A stretch of DNA of 64,000 nucleotides, taken from positions 58,404,001-58,468,000 of the forward strand of contig OY740795.1 of the NCBI GenBank assembly GCA_963514005.1. The letters are read 5' to 3'. Within the stretch, counting starts at the first letter, position 1. Each line of letters opens with the position of its first letter. The position numbers were made by a program, and so were the translations under genes. The notes under the pieces are model-generated. The model made no database searches, was not told where the DNA came from, and worked only from the letters and a program-made list of their open reading frames with translations. Below, piece after piece: positions 46,101 through 59,789 of this stretch. The stretch is from Raja brachyura. Its lineage: Eukaryota.

Positions 46101-48455
46101 TACGTGAAGCCGCCACCATTCCGTTGTAATCATCATAATTAGGCTGTCTTTACACAGTATATTGCTGGGGTCTTGAGAATATGGATGCGCTAGGGGATCT
46201 TGGAGTCCAAGTTCATAGCTCACTGCAGTTGGCAGCACATGTAGATGGTAAAGTGGGTGTATGGTATGCTTGCGTTCTTTGTTCGGGGCATTGACCATAA
46301 GGGTCAGGAACTCATGGTGCAGTTCTATGATGAGTTTGATGAGGCCACAATTGGAGTATTGAGTAGAGTTCTGATCGCCCCATGACAGGGGTGATATGGA
46401 GGTTTTGGAGAGGGAACAAAGCAGGTTAACCAGAATGCTGCCTGGATCAGCTACAGGGAGAGATAGGATAACCTTGGACTGTTTTCTGTGGAACATAGGA
46501 GGTTCGTGGGAGACTTGATAGAATTATATAAAATAATGAGATGCATTGATAGGGCAGACAGTCAGAATCATTTTCCAGGATGGAAATGCCCAACACGGGA
46601 GTTCATAGCTAAAAGGTGGGAGGGGGGAACATTTAATGCAGATGGGCGAGGCAAGATTTTTTACACAGAGTGTGGTACGGACCTGGAACTTATGATGGTT
46701 GTGTGGGTGGATATGATAACAGTGTTTAAGAGGCTCTATTTAGGCACAGGGAAGTATAAAGAATACAGGGATGTGGATCAGGACAGAGAGATCAGTTTAA
46801 TTGGGCATAATGTTCGCTACAAACATTGAGGTCCTAAGGTTCCGTTACAGCCAATATTCAATAAATATCTGCACCTGTGTATATATTGTTAGTCTGTTTT
46901 CTGTATTCACGGAGATCAGAGGCGACATGTATTTTACCTGTTTACATTATGTTGTTTATTTAATAGACAATAATAGACAATAGGTGCAGTAGGCCATTCG
47001 GCCCTTCGGACCAGCACCGCCATTCAATGTGATCATGGCTGAGCATCCCCAATCAGTACCTCGTTCCTGCCTTCTCCCCTGACTCCGCTATCTTTAAGAT
47101 ACCTATCTAGCTCTCTCTTGAAAGTATCCAGAGATCCGGCCTCCAACACCAGGCGAAGAATTCCACAAACTCACAACTCTCTGTGTGAAAAAATGTTTCA
47201 TCATCTCCGTTATAAATGGCTTACCCCTTATTGTTAAACTGTGGCCCCTGGTTCCGGACTCCCACAACATCGGGAACATGTTTCCTGCCTGCAGCGTGTA
47301 ATCTCTTAATAATCTTATATGTTTCAATAAGATTGCCTCTCATCCTTCTGAACTCCAGAGTATACAAGCTCAGCCGCTCCATTCTCTCAGCATATGACAT
47401 CCCGGGAATTAACCTTGTAAACCTACGCTGCACTCCCTCTACAGCAAGGATTTCATTAGGAGACCAAAACTGCAGACAATACTCCAGGTGTGGTCTCAAT
47501 AATCTGTAAAACTGCGGAAGGATGTATTTGCTCCTATACTCAACTCATCTTGTTATGGAGGCCAACACGCCATTCGCTCCCTTCACTGCCTGCTATACCT
47601 GCATGCTTACTTTCATTGTTATAGAAGGAACTGCAGATGCTGGAAAATCGAGGGTACACAAAGTCTGAAGAAGGGTTTTGTCCGAAATGTTGCCTATCTC
47701 CTTCGCTTCATAGATGCTGCTGCACCTGCTGAGTTTCTCCAGCATTTATTGTACCCCTGCTTACTTTCATTGACTGATGAACAAGGACCCGCAGATCCCG
47801 TTGTACTTCCCCTTTTCCCTACATGACATCATTTAGATAATAATTTGCCTTCCTGTGTTTGCTTTCAAAGTGGATAACCTCACATTTATCCACATTAAAC
47901 TGCATCTGCCATGCATCTGCCCACTCACCCAAACTGGCCAAGTCACCCTGCATTCTCATAGCATCCTCCTCACAGTTCACACTACCACCCAGCTTTGTGT
48001 CATCTGCAAATTTGCTAATGTTACTTTGAATCCCTTCATCTAAATCATTGATGTATATTGTAAATATCTGTGGTCCCAGCACCGAAACTCGAGGTATCCC
48101 ACTAGTCACTGCCTGCCATTCTGAAAGGGACCTGTTAATCCCTACTCTTTGTTTCATGTCTGCCAACAAATTTACTATCCATGTCAGCATTCTACCCCCA
48201 ATACCATGCTCCCTAATTTTGCCCACTATTCTCCTATGTGGGACCTTATCAAATGCTTTGCGAAAGTTCAGGTACACTAAATCCACTGGCTCTCCCTTTC
48301 CATTTTCCTAGTTACATCCTTAAAAAATTCCAGAAGATTAGTCAAGCATGATTTTCCATTCGTAAATCCATGCTGACTCGGACCGATCCTGTTACTGCTA
48401 TCCAAATATGCCGCTATTTCATCTTTTATAATTGACTCCAACATCTTCCCCACTA
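43180..48455 (-). mobile_element. Array of degenerate CR1 copies (43180-44010 -, 44015-45900 -, 46140-46830 +, 46960-48455 -)
   Basis: Repeated CR1 RT motifs and 3' tails. Confidence 0.85.
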
Positions 48456-48459
48456 ATAG

Positions 48460-49005
48460 GGATAGAACACAGGCCCTTCAGACCTCCGAGTCCACACCGA
48501 CCAGTGGTCCCTGTACACTACCACTACCCTAGGGACCATTTACTTTTTTTTTAAAAGCCATTTAGCCTACAAAGCTATACCATATAACAATTACAGCACG
48601 GAAACAGGCCATCTCGGCCCTTCAAGTCCGTGCCGAACAACTTTTTTCCCTTAGTCCCACCTGCCTGCACTCATACCATAACCCTCCATACCCTTCTCAT
48701 CCATATGCCTATCCAATTTAGTTTTAAATGATACCAACGAACCTGCCGCCACCACTTCCACTGGAAGCTCATTCCACACCGCTACCACTCTCTGAGTAAA
48801 GAAGTTCCCCCTCATGTTACCCCTAAACATCTTTGGAATGTGGGAGGAAACCTGAGCACCCGGAGGAAACACATGCGGTCACATGGAGAACGGACAAACA
48901 CCGTACAGACAGCATCCAGTCAGGGTTGAATCTGGGTCTCTGGTGCTGTAAGGCATCAGCTCTACCACTGTGCCAGCCTTTCGCTCCATATGCCACTGTG
49001 CCGCC
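48460..49005 (-). mobile_element. tRNA-derived V-SINE (HE1-like), interrupted by a short young CR1 3' end (~48580-48830)
   Basis: Minus-strand head GGCACAGTGGTAGAGCTG..GATTCAACCC (A/B boxes) and core CCTCCGGGTGCTCAGGTTTCCTCCCACATTCCAAAGA. Confidence 0.7.
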
Positions 49006-51589
49006 CTATATCTACTATAATTCACACCGTCCTTGTTTAAGGGCTGAATTTATTGAAATAACCTTTTGAATGCCTAAACTAAAACAAATATGTATAGTAC
49101 CATGTTCTGAAGCACAATTCCATGTCACATTAGGCGTTACGGCTGGATAATTTACACTTAAACATGCACCCATCTGTGAAGCCCAATGTCTGTCTATGCT
49201 TACATCACAATCTGCCTCTACCTTCTGTATCTTACACTGAGCACACTCCCTAATATTCTTGCAAAGACACTGCATAGAACATAGAAACGTACAGCACAGT
49301 TTCATGCCTTTTGACTCACAATCTCTGTGCTAAATATAATGCCAAGATAAACTAATCTCACCTACGTGCAAATGATTCACATCCCGCCACTCTCTGCATA
49401 TCCATATGTCTGTCTAAATGCTTTTTGTGCATTACACAATGCACCTATCAACATCATGTACTGCACTCCCTCTGCAATAATTACACCCCAAAATGCCTCC
49501 ATCTGTAAAGCACGAGGCTACGTCTATGTTTATTTCACACTTCACCAAAAACTGCATTAATCCTACAGAGACTGTAGCAGTCTGGAATACAGTTATCTGT
49601 GTTGGAAAATTTGGTCATGGTCCATTATGTTCTCAGTTCCATTACCGGGCCTGGGGGTGTGCCCCTTTTTGTATGACAAATATACAACAGATACAACAAG
49701 TATTTGAAAGTTCTGAATAAACATTATCAACTGACTTGTTTTCTGGTAAAAAAAAAACCAATGGAAAATAGCAATGATTGCATCTCTTTTAACGTCACTC
49801 TAAATTATCTATGTTTACAGTTGCAGAAAATCGTAAAGCATTTGACTTTGTGGTCAAGTTTGGAGATGATATGGACATAAGTAGAGGGACAGGTAGTGTA
49901 GAGGAAGCAGGCAGCCTGTAGATGAACTGGACAGGTTGATAGAATGGGCCAACAAGGATATGGAAAATGTTGAGTCGTTTTGGGGCCTATATCTGAGGAG
50001 GGATATGCTGGACTTGGAGAGGGTTCCGATAATAACAGATTGTTCAGTATTTTTTGAACAGGCAGCGGTATTTGTAAAAATTGTTGTAAGTCTTTGAAGA
50101 TGGAGTCTTTGTCCTGGTTTGTTTTTGGATGAGGTACTTGCAAAGATCAGCGATAATATGTTAATTGTTTACAATGCATATTAATAACTTCAATAAATGC
50201 ACTGATTACCATGTTTAGGCTTTTTGACGGCACCCATAGAGTTCCGGTGAGAAGAGTCAGGTTAACACAAAGAACCTGCAGTATGATGTGTACAACGGGT
50301 ACCAAATTGGACGATATTTGAACTGAAGAAGGAAAGCAAGTACTGACCATATTATTTTAGTGGGGTGTACCTTCAAAATTTCTGAGCAACCAGAATATGA
50401 CACAAAATATTAACGGGAGGTTCAGCAGCTGTCTTGGGAGGCTAATGGGATAAAGCCTGTATTGAAGTGGTATAAATAAGTAGTATGCAGTTACTGCTGA
50501 GATTGTCACATCCAGCAACTGGTGAATAGAGGTGGGGACTGGATAAAGCCTGGGACGTGATGAGTGGAGGAAATGTGTAGAAAGGATCTGGAATTGCTGG
50601 TTTACACCAATGATAAACACAAATGGCGGAGCAACGTGGCGGCTCAGATAGCATCTCTGGTGAAAGGGCATCGGTGACTTTCAAATCCTGACCCTTCTTC
50701 TTCAGACTGACAGTCTGGAGAGAGGGGCGATAGTAGACATTCTAATATTGGTAACATACTTACCTTTTGGCTTAAATATCAAGGGGGAGGGAAACTAGAG
50801 GCATGCAAGGGTACAAATAACAAATGAATGAAAGGTATGAAAAGAACAAATCAAAGGCAGCCACAATGATCAAGGAACGGTGGAGCCCACACTGGCCTCT
50901 TGTCGGCTGTGGAAAAGGTGACAACGAGTCACCCAAACGGTAAAACTAAGCAGGACGTTTTATAGGTTTCTAATGAGATCATGTCTGGAGACATCTCTAA
51001 TGCAACAACACAATGCTTAGGACTTTTGTAAGGGCGGTAGTGCAAGGTTCAGTGATGATATGTCAATTATTTACAATGCGTATTAACAACCTCAGTAAAC
51101 GCACCGATTACCGTAGTGCTAAGTGCTAAAGGCTAGCGGTAGTGCTCAGCTGATTCTTGCATAACAATATGGCGTAGAGAGACAGATGAGCAGAATGAGG
51201 CCACTGCATAAAAATCTCAAAGACTTTGAGATGACCTTACTATTGTTAATATTCTGAGCTGGGTTGATGGGCTAGCTGATGAGATTAATTTTTCTGCAGT
51301 GTTGTTCAGGACTAAGATGCATGGCCACCCAACGTAATCGGAGATTAAGAGTAATTTGTGTCAGGGAATTGTGGCACTTTGGAATTCTCTATTCCTGAAA
51401 TCAATGGATATGAATATATTGAGAATATTTAAATTGGACGCTGGTGGTGTTTAAAATCACAAATAAGGCAAGGGATATGTGGAATGAGAGGAAAGTTGAT
51501 GAGGATTCATAAGCGTCGTCCGACGTGATCTTATGGAAGAGTGAAGCGACCCCGAATGATGGGTCAGCATATTTCTGCAAGGTTTCTCA

Positions 51590-52120
51590 ATTGACAATAG
51601 ACAATAGACAATAGTTGCAGGAACAGGCCATTCGGCCCTTTGAGCCAGCACAGCCATTCACTGTGATCATGGCTTATCATCCACAATCAGTACCCCGTTC
51701 CTGCCTTCTCCCCATATCCCTTGTCTCCGCTATCTTTAAGAGCTATCTAATCTCTCTTGAAAGCATCTGGATAATTGGCCTCCACTGCCTTTTGAGGCAG
51801 AGAATTCCACAGATTCACAACTCTCTGGGTGAAATTTTTTTTCCTCATCTCCACTCTAAATGGCCTACACCTTATTCTTAATCCATGGCCCCTGGTTCTA
51901 GACTCCCCAAACATCGGGAACATGTTTCCTGCCTCAAGTGTATCCAATCCCTTAATAATCTTAAATATTTAAATAAGATCCTCTCTCATCATTCTAAATT
52001 CCAGTGTATACAAGCCCAGTCACTCCATTCTTTCAACATCGGACAGTCCCGCCATCCCGAGAATGGCGATCCCGATAACCTCGTGAACCTCCGCCGCACT
52101 CCCTCAATAGCAAGAATCTA
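51590..52120 (-). mobile_element. 5'-truncated CR1 LINE
   Basis: ORF 51747..51947; (CTATTGT)n tail. Confidence 0.88.
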
Positions 52121-52438
52121 CACTGCACTCCCTCAATAGCAAGAATCTATGCTGCACTCCCTCAATCGCAAGAATCTACACTGCACTCCCTCAATAGCAA
52201 GAATCTATGCTGCACTCCCTCAATAGCAAGAATCTATGCTGCACTCCCTCAATAGCAAGAATCTACACTGCACTCCCTCAATAGCAAGAATCTATGCTGC
52301 ACTCCCTCAATAGCAAGAATCTACACTGCACTCCCTCAATAGCAAGAATCTACACTGCACTCCCTCAATAGCAAGAATCTACACTGCACTCCCTCAATAG
52401 CAAGAATCTATGCTGCACTCCCTCAATAGCAAGAATCT
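52096..52438. repeat. 29-bp minisatellite, ~12 copies, derived from CR1 sequence
   Basis: Unit GCACTCCCTCAATAGCAAGAATCTA(CA/TG)CT. Confidence 0.95.
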
Positions 52439-52479
52439 CCTCATTTCAAGCAATATACAAACTGATGTAGCGTTTCAAC

Positions 52480-55150
52480 GAGCCAATGAACATCTGTGGA
52501 GGGGCTGGACAGATGACGTGTCCTAACGGGATTCTTTTTTCTGTTTAATTGTCGTCGGGGTGGGGAGAAACCTGGGAAAGAGTGGGTGTGGCAGGATAAA
52601 GCTTGACCAACAATAAGCGGAAGATAGACACAAAATGCTGGAGTAATTCAGTGGGACAGGTAGAATCTCGTGAGAGAAAGGATGGGTGACGTTTCGGGTC
52701 GAGACCCTTCTTCAGACTGATGTCAGTGGTGTGGGTGGTACAAAGTTAAAATGTAGTTGGAGCCAGCACGACTGGTGGGAGAACTGGGAAGGGGAGGCGA
52801 TGTCGAACAGGAAAAGCAAGGGCTGCTTGAAGTTAGAGAAGTCAATGTTTATACTGTTGGGGTGACAGCTACCCAAGCGAAATATGAAGTAATGTTCCTC
52901 CAATTTGCGATGGGTCCCACTCTGTCAATGGAGGAGGCCCAGGACAGAAAGGCAAATGTGGGAATGGGAGGGTGAGTTAAGATGTTGTGCAACCGGGAGA
53001 TCAAATACGTTTCGGAGAACTGAGCGGAGGTGTTCTTCGAAATGATCACCGACACTTGGTCTCGCCGACATACAAGAGTCCACACCTGGAACAGCGGATA
53101 CAGTAGGTGAGGTTGGAGGAGGTGCAAGTGAACCTCTGCCTCACCTAAACAAATCTGTTGGGGTCATGGATGGAGTTGATGGGGAGGAATAGGGACAGGT
53201 GTTGCATATCTATAGGTTGCAGGGGAAAGTACCTAGAGAGGGGTGAGTTGGGTGGGAGGGACGAGTTCACCAAAGATTTGCGTTGGGAGAAGTCTCTGCG
53301 GAAAGTAAAAAGGAGTGGAGATGGGAAGATGTGGCTAGCAGTGGGATCCTGTTGAAGATGGGGAAAATGTTGGATTATGTGCTATATGCGGCAGCTGATG
53401 GGGTGGAAGCTGAGGACAAGGGGGACTCTGTCCTTGTTATGAATGGGGAGAGGGAGAGCAAGAGAGGAGCTACAGGATATCGACGAGACCCTAGTGAGAG
53501 CCTCATCTGTAATGCAAGAGGGGATCCCCCATTCACTGAAGAATGAGGACATCTCAGGTAGCAAAAACAGGAAGGCAGATTACTATTTAGAATGGTGCCA
53601 AGTTGGGAAAAGGGGACGTACAACGGGATCTGGGGGTCCTTGTTCATCAGTCAATGAAATAAGCATACAGGTACAGCAGGCAGTGAAGAAAGCGAATGGC
53701 ATGTTGGCCTTTCTAACACGAGGAGTTGAGTATAGGAGCAAATAAGTCCTTCTGCAATTGCATAGGGCCCGAGTGAGACCACACCTGGAGTATTGTGTGC
53801 AGTTTTGGCCCATAATTTTGAGGAAGGACATTCTTGCTATTTAGGGAGTGCAACGTAGGTTCACAGGTTAATTCCCGGGATGGTGGGACTGTCATATGCT
53901 CAGAGAATGGAGAGGCTGTGCTTGTATACTCTGGAGTTTAGAAGGGTGAGAGGGGATCTTATTGAAACATAAAAGTTATTAAGGGTTTGGACACGCTAGA
54001 GGCAGGAAACATGTTCCCGATTTTCGGGTGGCCCAGAACCAGGGGCTACAGTTTAAAAATAAGGGGTAAGCCATTCAGAACGGAGAGGAGGAAACTCTTT
54101 TTCTCACAGAGAGTTGTGAGTCTGTGGAATTCTCTGTCTCAGACGGCGGTGGAGGTTGGTTCCCTGGATACTTTCAAGAGAGAGCTAGATAGTGCTCTTA
54201 AAGATAGCGTAGTCAGGAGATATGGGGAAAAGGCAGGAACGGGGAACTGATTGGGGATGGTCAGCCATGATCATATTGAATGGCGGTGCCGAATGGGCTA
54301 CTTCTGCACCTATTGTCTATTGTCCATACCTATTGACCTGGTATGGACCATTTCATCGTGGGCGTAGATGCGGCATAGTCGGAGGAATTGGGAGAGGGGG
54401 AGAATCTTTACAGGAAACAGGCTGGGAAGAAGTATAGTCTTGATAGCAATGAGAGTCAGTGGGTTTGTCATAGATGTCAGTCGATAGCCTGTCTCCTGTG
54501 ATGGTGACGGTCAGATCTGGAAACGGCATGGAGATGTCAGAGATGGTCCAAGTGAATTTCAGTGCCGGATGGGAATTTGGTCGTGTAGTTAATGGCCAGT
54601 GAGTTCTACATCGATACAGGAGGTGACATCGATGCAGTCGCTTATGTAGCGGAGGTACCGGTTTTTAAATTTAGATGACGAAGGTGACTTTAGATCTGGG
54701 TGATGGGAAGAAAAATATGTGCACAAGAATGAGAAAGAGAGCGTGTGCAGGGTACTATGATTCGAAATTGGAGAAATCGGTGTTTATACTGTTCCATTGT
54801 AAGATATCCAAGCGGATCATGGGATGCTGCTTGTGGCAAAGGTTGACAATGGAGGAGGCTCGGTGTGGGAATGGGAAGGAGACCGAAACTGGCTGTGAAC
54901 CGTTAACGACAGAGCATAAATGATCGTCAAAACGGTTGCCTGGTGTATGCTTGGTCTCACCAATGTACACGAATGAGCATCATGGGAAACAGATGCTGCA
55001 CACATGATCTCCATGAGGTGGATGTGAATCTCAGTCTGACCTGGTACGACTGCCTGCGTGGCCGGTGGAAGTGAAACAGGAGCTGTCGGTCCAGGCGTTA
55101 CATCCCATGCGGATGCAGGGAGAATGCTGGGGAATGGAGCGGTTTTGGTG
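52480..55150 (-). mobile_element. Penelope-like element remnants split by a plus-strand CR1 (~53555-54325)
   Basis: DRVPLVLSFHP, EEHYFIFRLG and YIGETK..RFDDHL (GIY-YIG) motifs. Confidence 0.75.
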
Positions 55151-55980
55151 GGGAGTATTCAGCATTCAGTATTTACTTTAATGTCATTTTAACTGAGTAC
55201 TTACATACACAGAAGAAACAAAAAAATGTTCCTCAATCAGTTCACCTCAGTGCAGTTAATAAAAACAGAATAGATACATACAACTTAAAAAAATTAAAAT
55301 GAATATATCTAAAAGTAGGCCTGAAATTTGAACTAAAAACTGACATTCAGACCGAACAGTAGCATGCTTTGACAGGTGCCTAGCTTTCAAAGTAAGGGCA
55401 AGGTTAGATGATTTGGTGTGTGATGTATGGGGAGGGGACATCGTTAACCAGTCTTATTGCCTGTGGGAAGAAGCTGTGTAGCATCCTGCTGGTTTTGCAG
55501 CTGATGCTCCTGTACCTCTTCCCAGATGGCAGAATGGAGAAGATGTTATGTGATGGGTGATGTGGGTCCTTAATAATGGAGATGGCTTTACGGATGCTAC
55601 GCTTCTGATAGATCTCCAACAGGAAAGGGAGTGGAGCACCGATGATCCTACAGGCTGTCTTCACTATCCTGTTAAGTTGTGTTTGTTCATAAGCCTTGCA
55701 GCTCCCAAACCAGGAAGTGATGCCGTAGGTCAATGTACTCTCAATGGTGCCCCTGTAGAAGGTCGTTAGGACTACAGTAGGGAGACCTGCTTTTCTTAGT
55801 CTCCGGAGAGGGTGAAGCCGCTGCTGTGCTTTTTTGATGACTGCTGTGGTGTTGGTCGTGGATGTCAGGTTGTCCGCCAGGTGAAGTCCCCAGAACTTCA
55901 CACTGCTGACCCTCTCCACAGCAGCACCATCAATATGCAGCGGTGTGTGATGGTGTTTCCCAGCCCTCCTGGGCAGAACA
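55150..55980 (-). mobile_element. Rex1/Babar-like LINE 3' fragment
   Basis: ORF 55404..56111: HTPLHIDGAAVERVSSVKF..KKAQQRL..FYRGTIESTLTYGITSWFG..LPSGKRYRS..SFFPQAIRL. Confidence 0.8.
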
Positions 55981-55989
55981 AGCAACTTC

Positions 55990-57030
55990 GGACAATGTGG
56001 TCTCTGCGGAAAGTGGAAGGGGGTATGGAAACATGCCCTTCGGCCCAACTCGCCCACACCGAGCAACAATGTCCCAGCTACACTTGTGCCACTTGCCTGC
56101 GCTTGGTCCATAACCCTCCAATCCTGTCCTATCCATGTACCTGCCCAAATGTTTCTTTAACGATGGGATAGCCCAAGCCTCAATTTCTTCCTCTGGCAGC
56201 TTGTTCCATACACCTACCACTCTTTGTGTGAAAAAGTTACCCCTCGGATTCCTATGAAATCTTATCCCCTTTAGCTTGAACCTACGTCCTCTGGTCCTCG
56301 ATTCCCATATTCTCATGATTTTGTATACCTCGATAAGATCTCCCCTCATCATCCTACGCTGCATGGAACAGAGACCCAGCCTACTTAACCTCTCCCTATG
56401 CCTCACACGCTCTAGTCCTGGCAACTTCCTCGTAAATCTTTTCTGAACTCCTTCAAGCTTGAAAATATCTTTCCTACAACATGGTGCCCAGAACTGAACA
56501 CAAAACTCTAAATGTGGTCTCACCAACGTTTTATACAACTGTAACATGACCTCCCAACTTCTATACTCAATACTCAGACTGATGAAGGCCAATGTGCCAA
56601 AAGCCATTTTGACCACCTTATCTACCTGCGACTCGACCTTCAAGGAGCCATGCACTTGTACTCCTAGATCCCTCTGCTCTACAACACTACCCAGATGCCT
56701 ACCATTTACTGTGTATGTCCTGCCCTTGTTCGACAACCCAAAAGGCAACACCTCAGACTTCCCTGTATTAAATTCCACCAACCAATCCTCCACCCACCTG
56801 GCCAATCGATCCAGATCCTGCTGTAATCATTCACAACCATTTCACTATCTGTTGTATAATCAGCAAACTAACTAATCTTGCCCTGTATGTTCTCATTCAA
56901 ATCATTGATGTAGATCAAAAACAGTAACGAGCCCAGCACCGAACCCTATGGCACACCACTAGTCACAGGCCTCCATTCTGAGAAGCAACCTTCCACCATC
57001 CCCCTCTATTTCAGTACTTCCTCGACAGTA
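55990..57030 (-). mobile_element. CR1 LINE fragment
   Basis: ORF 55930..56805, CR1 C-terminal region. Confidence 0.88.
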
Positions 57031-57179
57031 ACCCTGACTGTTGTCATGACACATCCAATGACTGGATGCGACTGGAGATGAGATCACGTTGAAGATATTG
57101 GAAATGTCGGAGAATAATATATTATATGTGCAGGCTGGTGTGGTGAAAAACAAGGTCCACAGGAACATTATCCTTGTTT

Positions 57180-58592
57180 CTAAAAGTAAACCTAGCAATT
57201 ATAGACCGGTTAGTTTGACTTCAGTGGTGGGCAAATTAATGGAAAAGATACTTAGAGATAATATATATAAGTATCTGGATAAAGAGGGTCTAATTAGGAA
57301 CAGTCAACATGGATTTATGCCTGGAAGGTCATGTTTGACTAATCTTCTTGAATTTTTTGAAGAGGTTACTAGGGAAATTGACGAGGGTAAAGCAGTGGGT
57401 GTTGTCTATATGGACTTCAGTAAGGCCTTTGACAAGGTTCCTCATGGAAGGTTGGTTAAGATGGTTCAACTGTTGGGTATAAATGCAGGAATAGCAAGAT
57501 GGATTCAACAGTGGCTGAATGGGAGAAGCCAGAGGGTAATGGTGGATGGCTGTTTGTCGGGTTGGAGGCAGGTAACTAGTGGGGTGCCTCAGGGATCTGT
57601 GTTGGGTCCTTTGTTGTTTGCCATGTACACCAATGATCTGGATGAAGGGGTGATAAATTGGATTAGTAAGTATGCAGATGATACCAAGATAGGGGGTGTT
57701 GTGGATAATGAAGAGGATTTCCAAAGTCTACAGAGTGATTTAGGCCAGTTGGAAAAATGGGCTGAAAGATGGCAGATGGAGTTTAATGCTGATAAATGTG
57801 AGGTGCTACACCTTGGCAGGACAAATCAAAATAGGACATACATGGTAAATGGTAGGGAATTGAAGAATACAGTTGAACAGAGGGATCTGGGAATAACCGT
57901 GCATAGTTCCTTGAAGGTGGAATCTCATATAGATAGGGTGGTAAAGAAAGCTTTTGGTATGCTAGCCTTTATAAATCAGAGCATTGAGTATAGAAGCTGG
58001 GATGTAATGTTAAAATTGTACAAGGCATTGGTGAGACCAAATCTGGAGTATGGTGTACAATTTTAGTCGCCCAATTATAGGAAGGATGTCAACAAAATAG
58101 AGAAGGTACAGAGGAGATTTACTAGAATGTTGCCTGGGTTTCAACAGCTAAGTTACAGAGATAGGTTGAATAAGTTAGGTCTTTATTCTCTGGAGCGCAG
58201 AAGGTTAAGGGGGGACTTGATAGAGGTCTTTAAAATGATGAGAGGGATAGACAGAGTTGATGTGGACAAGCTTTTCCCTATGAGAATAGGGAAGATTCAA
58301 ACAAGAGGGCATGACTTTAGAATTAAGGGACAGAGGTTTAGGGGTAACATGAGGGGGAACTTCTTTACTCAGAGAGTGGTAGCGGTGTGGAATGAGCTTC
58401 CAGTGGAAGTGGTGGCGGCAGGTTCGTTGGTATCATTTAAAAATAAATTGGATAGGCATATGGATGAGAAGGGTATGGAGGGTTATGGTATGAGTGCAGG
58501 CAGGTGGGACTAAGGGAAAAAGGTTGTTCGGCATGGACTTGAAGGGGCGAGATGGCCTGTTTCCGTGCTGTAATTGTTATATGGTTATATGG
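57180..58592 (+). mobile_element. Young 5'-truncated CR1 LINE with a near-intact RT
   Basis: [32 protein letters not shown]; single TGG>TAG stop at 58064-58066. Confidence 0.93.
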
Positions 58593-59789
58593 TTTCGTCT
58601 GAGGAAGGGCGAGCGAGATCAGAACTGCGAGACACAGGGAAGATATGGATGAAGGTGAAATCCACAACTGCAAGGCTAAACCATGGCTACTGAAATTAAA
58701 GGAAGGTTCGCATGTCACTGGGTGAAAAGCGTTTTCTTGGAAGTAGAAATAGCTGAGACCGAGAAATCGAGAGTAAGGGATGGCATCCTTGCAAGAGGCA
58801 GATTGGAAGGATGTAGTCAAAGTAACTGAGAGTCAGCACGTATTAATGGACGTCTGTGCGTAGTCTATCTTTTGTGATGGAGACAGAGAGATCCTGAAAG
58901 TGGAGTTCAGTCACAGAGATTGTCCTCGTGAATTTCCGTTGTTCTATTTCATTTCTCCATGTCAGTAAAACTCTCTGTAGACATGAAGCTAGTCAAGCTC
59001 TTAACTCAGGGTGAATTATCATCATCTATTTACATTTAAACTCCTTGACACGTCATTTTTACCATGTTATTCCGCATGGTACATGCTCCAGGGAAATATT
59101 TGTTACACGATTTCATGAACAACAGTGTTGTACACTAAATAATATTTATAGTAACGGATCACCACTCGAAAAGAACATTAAAGATTGGAGCAGGGGAGGC
59201 CATTTGGCTCTTAAAACTGGTTCAGACTTCAACCTGATCATCTCTGATCGTTATGTGCCTGATTATACAAAATATTATTAGGTCCCTCCAACTCCCAGAA
59301 CTCTATCTAGTAAATTTGTGAATGGATGTAATGAACATCCATTCTATCTTTTAATCAATTGCGCTTCTCGCTTTCAGTCCAGAGTGGCTTTGGGTCCTAA
59401 TTATCAGAAGAGCACAATTAAATTATGAATCCTAATGACCCGTTGGTTATCCAATTGCCTCGCCAGTTGAGGGTACGAGACACGTGTTGCTGAGCAGATC
59501 TTGGAGTTGTTAGTTCGCAGTCAGCAGCTCCGTCCATCAGGCTGGAATCATCTAAATATTTATTTATCTAAATAATCCACAGTTGCTTCTGTTCAGTTAC
59601 TTCCTGCTCTTTGCTAACGCCGGAGTGTTGGACTCCAGCCACATATAAATGCGGGGAAAGGTGAAATCAATTGGAATCAGAATGAATATGAATAAATATG
59701 AAATGCCATGCATTTAAAAAATGAAGCTTTAAAGGCGCGTTCTGAGGCTAATAAAATTAAGTGAGACACAGGTGCGGCAGGGACAACGT

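Noticed and set aside
52096-52438. CRISPR-like array
   Set aside because: Head-to-tail units without spacers, derived from CR1, in vertebrate DNA.
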